A stretch of 64,000 bases of DNA. Origin: Eledone cirrhosa. Lineage: Eukaryota. This document shows, piece by piece, positions 54,481 through 64,000 of this stretch; the stretch's first letter is position 1, and each line of letters starts with the position of its first letter. The notes below the pieces were generated by a model. That model was not told where the DNA came from, did not search any database, and saw only the letters and a program-made list of their open reading frames with translations. Location: assembly GCA_964016885.1 (NCBI GenBank), contig OZ024753.1, forward strand, positions 8,184,001-8,248,000, given 5' to 3'. The translations under genes were made by a program, and so were the position numbers.

Positions 54481-54654
54481 AGCTATATAGTGTGTGTGTA
54501 TATGTCTCATCACCATCATCATTTTATGTTTATTGTTCCACACTTTCATGGGTTAGAAAGATCCTTCTCAGTACAACATCTCTCCTCTTGTCACCTCATC
54601 CAGGAGCTTTTGGGATCTGAGATCAGCTCTTACCACATCCAGGTCTTCTTTGGA

Positions 54655-54810
54655 AGAATCGACCCCAGTACTAGACTGATACTTTTCTTTTATCGACCTC
54701 GAAAGGATGAAAGGCAAAGTTGACCTCAACAGGATTTGAACTCGGAGAGCCAGAAGGAATACTACAAAGCATTCTATCTGATGTTCTAACCACTCTGCCA
54801 ATTTACCACC
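54655..54810 (-). mobile_element. SINE family B-related copy
   Basis: tcgacctcgaaaggatgaaaggcaaagttgacctc..gatttgaactc. Confidence 0.75.
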
Positions 54811-55599
54811 TTATAATAATATATTATAACAATAATAACAACAATTACAGAAGAAACATTTATTTTGTTTCTAAAATAGATATCCGTTTTGTGGTTAGTT
54901 TATAGCAGAATGAATGAATTTCCTTGTAACAGACACACAAATAACTTGCTTGTAACTTATAACTTACAGATTACTTATAGTTTGGGAATACTGGAATATT
55001 TTAATTAGTATTTAATGTTAAACTACATTCAGATTCCTAAGAGACCCTCTCTTATCTATGGAGTTTTCGTTTGATTTTTATTAAGATTTGGGATTCATTA
55101 GCAGCCGTTAGCCACTGATGCTAACCATGTGGTGATAATAACTTGAGGATTCTTGAGATTCATGAAATAGATAAAATACCCCAGCTTCAACTAATTTCAC
55201 ACGTTTCTCCAATTCAAATACGCCTTTAGTTAAAGATATCCAATATAGCAATGGATTGTGAAACCATAGAAATCAGACTGAAATTTTATTTCAAATAGTG
55301 TGTGTGTATGTGTATAGTGTAAGTGTGTGTGTGTTAATACATGTCTGTGTATTCGTTATTTAAAGAGCTTCCTTGCATATAGCATTAGCATTCTTCAATT
55401 TAAGTTCTTGTTAATTATCATAATCATCAGGTGGCATGAGGTAAACAGGTTTGTAAAGACATGTCTGAACATTCTAAATAGCTTTATCATTTGAGAATTT
55501 TATTTCTAAGGATTGTTGTAAGTGTTATACTGTTTCAGAATCAATGGCAGTCATGTTCCTTGAAATTTTGCAATCATTTGAGTAATATCCATAACCATT

Positions 55600-56705
55600 G
55601 TACACCTTGTACACTCTGTAAAGTGGTAGTAGCAATGGTGTCATGATAAACTACACCTTGTACACTCTGTAAAGTGGTGGTAGTGGTGGTGTCATGATAA
55701 ACTACACCTTGTACACTCTGTAAAGTGGTGGTAGTGGTGGTTTCACAATAGACTACACCTTGTACACTCTGTAAAGTGGTGGTAGTGGTGGTGTCATATG
55801 AACTACACCTTGTACACTCTGTAAAGTAGTGGTAGTGGTGTTATGAAAAACTACACCTTGTACACTCTGTAAAGTAGTGGTAGTGGTGGTGTCATGATAA
55901 ACTACACCTTGTACACTCTGTAAAGTGGTGGTAGTGGTGGTTTCACAATAGACTACACCTTGTACACTCTGTAAAGTGGTGGTAGTGGTGGTGTCATGAT
56001 AAACTACACCTTGTACACTCTGTAAAGTGGTAGTAGCAATGGTGTCATGATAAACTACACCTTGTACACTCTGTAAAGTGGTGGTAGTGGTGGTGTCATG
56101 ATAAACTACACCTTGTACACTCTGTAAAGTGGTGGTAGTGGTGGTTTCACAATAGACTACACCTTGTACACTCTGTAAAGTGGTGGTAGTGGTGTTGTCA
56201 TATAAACTACACCTTGTACACTCTGTAACGTGGTGGTAGTGGTGTTATGAAAAACTACACCTTGTACACTCTGTAAAGTAGTGGTAGTGGTGTTGTCATA
56301 TGAACTACACCTTGTACACTCTGTAAAGTGGTGGTAGTGGTGTTATGATAAACTACACCTTGTACACTCTGTAAAGTAGTGGTAGTGGTGTTGTCATGAT
56401 AAACTACACCTTGTACACTCTGTAAAGTAGTGGTAGTGGTGTTGTCATATAAACTACACCTTGTACACTCTGTAAAGTGGTGGTAGTGGTGTTATGATAA
56501 ACTACACCTTGTACACTCTGTAAAGTAGTGGTAGTGGTGTTGTCATGATAAACTACACCTTGTACACTCTGTAAAGTGGTGGTAGTGGTGTTGTCATATA
56601 TACTACACCTTGTACACTCTGTAAGATGTTGGTTGATGCCAAAGCCAAACTCACATATTACATAATATAAAGTAGTAGTGGTATTGTCACAATAAACTAC
56701 ACCTA
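55600..56705 (+). repeat. ~50-bp satellite, about 21 copies
   Basis: Unit actacaccttgtacactctgtaaagtggtggtagtggtggtgtcatgataa. Confidence 0.95.
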
Positions 56706-56714
56706 GTATGCCCT

Positions 56715-56930
56715 TTAACCCTTTAGCATTCAAACCGGCCATATCCAGCCAGAATTTTCTTACCTCTTTCTGTTCAAAATAGCTGTAACTGGCCGTTCAT
56801 ACTGATGTTAAGGTATTGTTCTCAAAATAAATAATATCAAAATCTCATAGATTCGATATTATGTGAAATAAAGGCTTTACCCTGAAAATATAAGAGTAAA
56901 TATAGATTAATGTAAATGCTAAAGGGTTAA
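56715..56930 (-). mobile_element. piggyBac-type MITE (family C)
   Basis: TTAA|ccctttagcatt..aatgctaaaggg|TTAA. Confidence 0.9.
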
Positions 56931-57027
56931 GATGGTGGTAGTGGTGTTGCCACAATAAACTAAACCTTATACACTCAGCAAACATGACAAAAAAATACAA
57001 AATAATAATAATAATAATAGTAATAAT

Positions 57028-57217
57028 AATTGTTTCTACATTTGGCACAAGGCCAGCAATTATCCAGTGCATTACTGGTGATTTATTTTATCGACCCCGT
57101 AAGGATAAAAGGCAAAGTTAACCTCGGTGGGATTTGAACTCAAATCGTAAAGGCACGTAACTCTATGCTGCAAAGCATGGCATCCGACCCTCTACCGATT
57201 CTGCCAATCCACTGCCA
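57028..57217 (-). mobile_element. SINE family B
   Basis: Full copy in (AAT)n. Confidence 0.9.
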
Positions 57218-57619
57218 ATAATAATAAAAACAATAATAATAATAATGTAAATGGTATATAAATGGAGTCGAATAGTTTAAATCTAAGAAGAGATTTATAA
57301 ACAAGTTTTATTTTCTGTAATATACAAACAATCCTGTATCTAAATTTGCTTTCAGCAATAACAAATAATTATTGAAAAGAAAATATAATTTTTTATTGCA
57401 GAAAAATAATGTGAAATTAGCTGAAAGTTTTCACTCCTTCAGGAAATGGTTTCTTTTTTCTATAAACAGTATTTAAGAAACTAAAAATATATCCTCTCAG
57501 TATTTTATCACAATTGAGCTAGTTAGGACAACAACTTCCTAGTAAAATATTCCACTGCACAAATTTTTAGTACTATCCACATCACTCTAAATTGGTACCA
57601 TGTTGTAAACAGTGGCTGT

Positions 57620-57805
57620 AGATTGGCAGTATCGGTTGAGGGTTGGATGCTATGCTTTGCAGCATAGAGTTATGTACCTTTTTGTTCTGAGTTCAAATCC
57701 CGCCAAAGTTAACTTTGCCTTTCATCCTTACAGGGTTGATAAAATAAAGTACCAGTACTGCACTGGGGTAATTGCTGACCTTGTGCCTAACGTAGAAACA
57801 ATTAT
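57620..57805 (+). mobile_element. SINE family B
   Basis: gattggcagtatcgg..gtagaaacaatt. Confidence 0.88.
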
Positions 57806-58785
57806 TGCAAGAACAAAAATGGTAACAGTTTAGTGACTATTATAACAAGAACTAGTGTAGATCTGTTGCTAAAAATGGTAACAGTTTAGTGACTATTATA
57901 ACAAGAACGAGTCTAGATCTGTTGCTAAAGATGGTAACAGTTCAGTGACTATTATAACAAGAACTAGTGTAGATCTGTTGCTAAAAATGGTATCAGTTCA
58001 GTGACTATTATAACAAGAACTAGTTTAGATCTGTTGCTAAAAATGGTATCAGTTCAGTGACTATTATAACAAGAACTAGTTTAGATCTGTTGCTAAAAAT
58101 GGTATCAGTTCAGTGACTATTATAACAAGAACTAGTTTAGATCTGTTGCTAAAAATGGTAACAGTTCAGTGACTATTATAACAAGAACTAGTTTAGATCT
58201 GTTGCTAAAAATGGTATCAGTTCAGTGACTATTATAACAAGAACTAGTTTAGATCTGTTGCTAAAAATGGTATCAGTTCAGTGACTATTATAACAAGAAC
58301 TAGTTTAGATCTGTTGCTAAAAATGGTAACAGTTCAGTGACTATTATAACAAGAACTAGTTTAGATCTGTTGCTAAAAATGGTATCAGTTCAGTGACTAT
58401 TATAACAAGAACTAGTTTAGATCTGTTGCTAAAAATGGTAACAGTTCAGTGACTATTATAACAAGAACTAGTTTAGATCTGTTGCTAAAAATGGTATCAG
58501 TTCAGTGACTATTATAACAAGAACTAGTTTAGATCTGTTGCTAAAAATGGTAACAGTTCAGTGACTATTATAAGAAAAATTAGTGTAGATCTGTTGCTAA
58601 AAATGGTATCAGTTCAATGACTATTATAACAAGAATTAGTGTAGATCTGTTGCTAAAAATGGTATCAGTTCAGTGACTATTATAACAAGAACTAGTGTAG
58701 ATCTGTTGCTAAAAATGGTATCAGTTCAGTGACTATTATAAGAAAAATTAGTGTAGGTCTGTTACCAACAATCGTAACAGTTCAG
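57806..58785. repeat. 56-bp minisatellite, about 17 copies
   Basis: Unit aacaagaactagtttagatctgttgctaaaaatggtatcagttcagtgactattat. Confidence 0.95.
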
Positions 58786-58788
58786 TTG

Positions 58789-59178
58789 AATTGGCAGTAT
58801 CGGCAGAGTGTCAGACACCATGCTTTGCAGCATAGAGTTATGACCCTTTTCATTCCGAGTTCAAATCCCGCCAAGGTTAACTTTGCCTTTCATCTTTATG
58901 GGGGTCGATGAAATAAAGTACCAGTAATACACTGAGGTAATTGCTGGCCTTATGCCAAAAGTGGAAACAATTATTACAAGAATTAGTGTTTCTCTGTTGT
59001 CAATTACATTGGTTTTATTGATCCGAGTTATTGACTAATACTTTAATTTATCGACCTATAGAAGGATGAATAGTAAAGCAGATCTCGGTGGGATTTGAAA
59101 CAGAATGTAAAGAGCCAGGATAAATACTGTGAAGCATTTGTCCAACGCACTAATGGGTCTGCCAACCAGCTGCCTTAC
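58789..59178. mobile_element. SINE family B (+) followed by a diverged related copy (-)
   Basis: ttggcagtatcgg..ggaaacaatt, then tcgacctatagaaggatgaa..gggatttgaa. Confidence 0.8.
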
Positions 59179-59556
59179 ACTTTGTAATTAATAAAATATT
59201 AATGAAAGAAATAAGTCGATCTTTAGATCAGACCAAGGAAACTATGTTTCTATTACTGATCCTATTTTTTTAATTGTAAATCCTAGCAGAAAAACGTTAT
59301 CAAGCTGTTTTATTTGTCATGTCAACGTATTTTAGTCTTTACAAACGCACATATATATATATATATACATATACATATACATGCATACGTTATATATTTA
59401 TAAATACATACACACATATACACACATATACACATACAATCTCTCTCTTTCTCTCTCGCACACACACACAAAAGGTTGTAAATGTTTAGCACAAAATATT
59501 TTGGTAACATGGAATTGATATTATATCCATGTATGCTTCAAAAAGATAGATAGATA

Positions 59557-60062
59557 TATTTCTTTATTAGCCACAGGGGCACAAAAGAAGGGGACAAATA
59601 CAAAGGGGGAAGTTTACATACAATAAAAACGTGTAAAATGTTATCACAGATGGAATTTAAAAGTTAGTCGATTTTCCCCAATAGAGGGAGACAGTTTATA
59701 TGGGTAACACAGACCCCCGAAAAAAATGTGCAACCCTCATCTCCAGGAGTACGAAGAGCTTGTACTCCTTTCCTCTCCTCCTTCTTTTCCTCAACCTACA
59801 GGCTGATATAGAGAGAAGGCCCATTCACTCGGGCCATTCTCGCCACTTTCACCCACCTTTCATAAAACTTGCTGGGGTACAGCACCTCTCTCTCCATCCT
59901 GATTCTTCTTCCAAAGTGGTATTTGAAAAAAAGAATCAGTTGTTGGCCGGAGAGAAAGGTGTCTGACCTCAGCCCTTTCAACCTTGTCCACCATACAACC
60001 TCTTTCGCCATAGCTATCACACAAAGGAAAACCGCCTCTCCTTCGTTTTTGAAGGAAGACAT
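59557..60062 (-). mobile_element. Tx1/L1-like non-LTR element, 3' end
   Basis: AVFLCVIAMAKEVVWWTRLKG..LILFFKYH..RIRMERE..FYERWVKVARM; AATAAA near 59564; flanked by a 65-bp direct repeat. Confidence 0.75.
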
Positions 60063-60715
60063 ACACAGATATACACAGATATATATATAGATATATAGAT
60101 ACATAGATACAGATATAGATACCAAAATATTTTGGTAACATGGAATTGATATTATATCCATGTATGCTTCAAAAAGATAGATAGATAGATAGATAGATAG
60201 AGAGAAGTAAAGACGAAGAAGAATATATAGGAAAGTTTGTCAACTCACTGCAACTTTAGTTATTTCTCATTCTCTTACTCTCTCGCGCTCTCTCTCTCTC
60301 TCTCTCTCTCTTTCCCTCCCCCTCTCCCCACTCTCTCTCTCTTTCTTTTTGAAGTGCAGCATGGCGTGGATTTATTTTATCAAAAGAATTTGTATTACAC
60401 TTTTAAGGTTTCCTCTGTTTGAATGTTTGAATGTATATATTTATGCGTAAAAGTGTGTGTGTACGCATGTGTAAATTTTATTATACTATGACGTCATAAA
60501 ACATAGTGACATTACAAAATTACAAACCAGAAATAAAAATGTGTAGAAATACACACCTAATACACATGATGTATTCACTTCGAGAGAGAATTCTTTGAAC
60601 TTAAGTTCTGCTAAGGCTCCAGAAAGTATAATGGCAAGTCTTTTAGTGTATTCTTCCTTCAATATATTCTGCTTGTTTCATCATCATCATCATTTCCATA
60701 ATTACCATTATCATC

Positions 60716-60925
60716 CGGCACAATGCCAGCAATTATTCCAGTGCATTACTGGTACCGTACTTTATTTTATCATACCAGTAATGCACTGGGATAATTGCTG
60801 GCCTTGTGCCAAGAAGTAGAAACAATTATTATTATTAACTTTGCCTTTCATCCTTACGGGGTCGATAAAATAAAGTACCAGTAATGCACTGGGTAATTGC
60901 TGGCCTTGTGCCTAAAGTAGAAACA

Positions 60926-60959
<34 letters not shown>

Positions 60960-61480
60960 TATTTAGGGCGGTGGATTGGCAGTATTGGTAAAAGGTCGGA
61001 CGCCATGCTTTGCAGCAAAGAGTTTCGGCCCTTTATGGTCTGAGTTCAAATCCCGCCAAGGTTAACTTTGTCTTTCATCCTTGCGGGGTCGATAAAATAA
61101 AGCACCAGTAACGTACTGGTGTCGATTTAATCGACTTTCCTCTCCCCCCAAAATACTGGCCTTGTGCCTATACTAGAAATCATTATTATTATATTATTAT
61201 AGTTACGGCCCTTTATGGTCTGAGTTCAAATCCCGCCGAGGTTAACTTTGCCTTTCATCCTTACGGGGTCGATAAAATAAAGTACCAGTAATGTACTGGG
61301 ATAATTGCTGGCCTTGTGCTAAAAAGTCGAAACAATTATTATTATATTATTATTAGTTCAATCCCGCTGAGGTTAGCGTTGCCTTTTATCCTCATGGGGG
61401 CGATGAAATAAAGTACCAGTAATGTACTGGGGTCGATTTAATTGATTTTCCCCTTCCCTTCAAATTGCTGGCCTTGTGCT
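60716..61480 (+). mobile_element. Cluster of SINE family B copies and fragments
   Basis: At least four aactttgcctttcatcc..gtaccagtaatg modules. Confidence 0.88.
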
Positions 61481-61770
61481 GGATGATAATGGTAATTATG
61501 GAAATGATGATGATGATGAAACAAGCAGAATATATTGAAGGAAGAATGCACTAAAGAGACTTACCATTATACTTTCTGGAGCCTTAGCAGAACTTAAGTT
61601 CAAAGAATTCTCTCTCGAAGTGAATATAATCCAATATCCTAATACACACTAATACATCATGTGTATTGGGTGTGTATTTCTACACATTTTCATTTCTGGG
61701 TTGTAATTTTGTAATGTCACTGTGTTTTATGATGTCATAGTATAATCAAATTTACACAAGCGTACACACA

Positions 61771-61900
61771 TAATTGTTTCTACTTTTGGCACAAGGCCAG
61801 CAATTACCCAGTACATTACTGGTACTTTATTTTATCGAACCCGTAAGGATGAAAGCAAAGTTAACCTTGGCAGGATTTGAACTCAGATCGTAAAGGGCAA
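61771..61900 (-). mobile_element. SINE family B, partial
   Basis: aattgtttctacttttggcacaaggcc..gatttgaactc. Confidence 0.85.
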
Positions 61901-61906
61901 TAATTA

Positions 61907-62284
61907 AATGAAAACAGCCAACAATATATCTTCCAAGGAAATAGAGAAACTCTCCAAATATAAAGATCTAGAGATAGAAATAACTCGAATGTGGAAAATG
62001 AAAACAGAAACAATACCTATAATAAAAAACACACAGTCAAATACACAACCAAAACCCCAGGACTTACAAATATATACAGCATCCATGCTAGCGTGGAAGA
62101 TGGACGTTAAACAATGATGATGATGATGATGATGAAAAGATAACACTACAAGACATTTCACACATATTACGAAAAGTACTATCAATACAATAGAAACAAC
62201 ATCAGCAAAATCTACACTGCACATACCCAAGGCACACAGAGCTATGCTCGGTAAAGCAGTAATGATGCGCAATAAAAATAATAA
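61907..62284 (+). mobile_element. R4/Dong-like non-LTR element 3' end (RLE endonuclease)
   Basis: NNISSKEIEKLSKYKDLEIEITRMWKMKTETIPII and KITL...HILRKVLSIQ*; interrupted by an RTE-type tail at about 62080-62135; ends in (TAA)n. Confidence 0.8.
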
Positions 62285-62626
62285 TTGTTTCTAATTTTGG
62301 CACAAGGCCAGCAATTATCCAAGTCTATTACTGGTACTTTATTTTATCGGACCCCGTAAGGATGAAAGGCAAAGTTAACCTCGGCGGGATTTGAACTCAG
62401 ACCGTAAAGGGCCGTAACTCTTTGCTGCAATAAAGATAATAATAATAATTGTTTCTACTTTTGGCACAAGGCCAGTAATTATCCAAGTCTATTACTGGTA
62501 CTTTATTTTATCGACCCAGTCAGGATGAAAGGCAAAGTTAACCTCGGCGGGATTTGAACTCAGATCATAAAGGGCCGTAACTCTATGCTGCAAAGATGGT
62601 GTCCGACTCTCTACCGATACTGCCAA
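62282..62626 (-). mobile_element. Two SINE family B copies
   Basis: ttggcacaaggccag..cctcggcgggatttgaactcag present twice. Confidence 0.88.
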
Positions 62627-62934
62627 ATAATAATCTCTTCTAGCCTGAGGTTTTAGTCCATACATTTATTTCACTTTGTCGGTATTTTACAATATATGTG
62701 TAGGGTGCAAGTCTTTGGCTGGTTTAAAGAGCCACATTTGTGCTTCACATTTTTGAGCATTTTATCGATTGATGGCAATGCTTGAACACGAGTTTGCTGC
62801 CATATATGTCTATATATCTATCTTTTCTTTTCAATGGCTGACAATACCTTACCGGCACCACTCGAATGTACATAAATCTGTATATTTATGTATGTGTGTT
62901 TATAAATATATATATGTCTGTATATATATATATA

Positions 62935-63100
62935 TAGGAACAAGTAAGACCCCGACGGCTGAGCTCAAGCCGTTTCGACGGCTAATTCTGGACTCTGGAG
63001 TCCAGAATTACTTGTTCCTATTACCCACTCTACTACCCTAAGTATTGAGTATTTTGGTGCGTTATGGTCCACCTGGTTCCTTACCACATTTCCTTCGTTA
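62935..63100. mobile_element. (TA)n-flanked element, family H3
   Basis: taggaacaagtaa..ttacttgttccta inverted; tail matches 10235-10315 in reverse orientation. Confidence 0.8.
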
Positions 63101-63235
63101 TATATATATATATATATATGTATGTATATTTATGCATATGCGTTTATATATATGTATATAAATATATTTGTCTATATATATATATATATATATATATGGA
63201 TATATATATGTCTATATATATATATGTATATATAT

Positions 63236-63465
63236 GTAGAGGTTATATTTAGTTTGTTGGGATTCAACAAGCTTAAAAATTAACTATCCAGGAAGCTCCA
63301 ACCATCAAGGTTGTCTTTTTTCCGGGTATGTCAATATTTATTTATAAAACAAATCTGTATTTTATCTGATGAAAGCGCACCATAATTTGCCTTGGTTGCC
63401 CTTGAAATATATATAATAAAATAAATATGGTTTTATAAATATAGTTTCCATTTATTAATATATTG
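63236..63465 (+). mobile_element. Short hammerhead element (family H1), between (TA)n tracts
   Basis: Colinear with the reverse complement of the ends of 13640-14574. Confidence 0.85.
63358..63423 (+). ncRNA. Type I hammerhead ribozyme motif
   Basis: tattttat-CTGATGA(63366-72)-aagcgcacca..tggttgccctt-GAAA(63404-07)-tatata-TA-ataaaata. Confidence 0.85.
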
Positions 63466-64000
63466 TATATATGTATATATATATGTCTATATATATATAT
63501 ATATATATATATTTATGTCTATATATATATGTATATTTATGTCTATATATATATGTATATATATGTATATATATATATATGTATATTTATGTATATATGT
63601 ATATTTATGTCTATTTATATATGTATATTTATGTCTATATATATATATGTATATTTATGTCTATATATATATATATATGTCTATATATATATATATGTCT
63701 ATATATGTATATTTATGTCTATATATATATATGTATATATATATGTCTATATATATATATGTATATATATATGTCTATATATATATGTATATATATGTCT
63801 ATATATATATATGTATATATATGTCTATATATATATATGTATATATATGTCTATATATGTATATATAGGTCTATATATATGTGTATATACATATATATGT
63901 ATATATATGTCTATATATATGTATACATATGTATATATATATGTGTATATACATATATATGTCTATATATGTCTATATATATATATGTCTATATATATAT
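63466..64000. repeat. (TA)n/(TATGTC) microsatellite
   Basis: Direct. Confidence 0.95.

Overview
AT-rich, repeat-dense eukaryotic non-coding DNA, most likely an octopod cephalopod (inferred from the SINE/RTE complement and microsatellite load). I found no intact host protein-coding gene; almost all long ORFs in the track are translations of microsatellites. The window contains: two abundant tRNA-derived SINE families; a TTAA-targeting piggyBac-type MITE family; decayed fragments of RTE, R4/Dong-like, Tx1/L1-like and Penelope-like retroelements; and many mini- and microsatellites. The most notable signal is a recurrent class of short elements embedded in (TA)n tracts. They form near-perfect fold-back inverted repeats (39-157 bp arms), and many carry type I hammerhead ribozyme motifs (stem I-CUGA[U/A]GA-stem II-GAAA-palindromic stem III-UH) from several sequence families. 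This is the architecture expected of non-autonomous Penelope-like (PLE) derivatives, and it is also seen in one tRNA-headed SINE-like element. Other points of interest: a SINE/hairpin composite present twice, SINE-derived satellites, an empty-site paralog supporting the MITE TSD, a 65-bp target duplication, a candidate recursive splice site and a candidate enhancer. Coordinates were counted by eye and may be off by a few bases.
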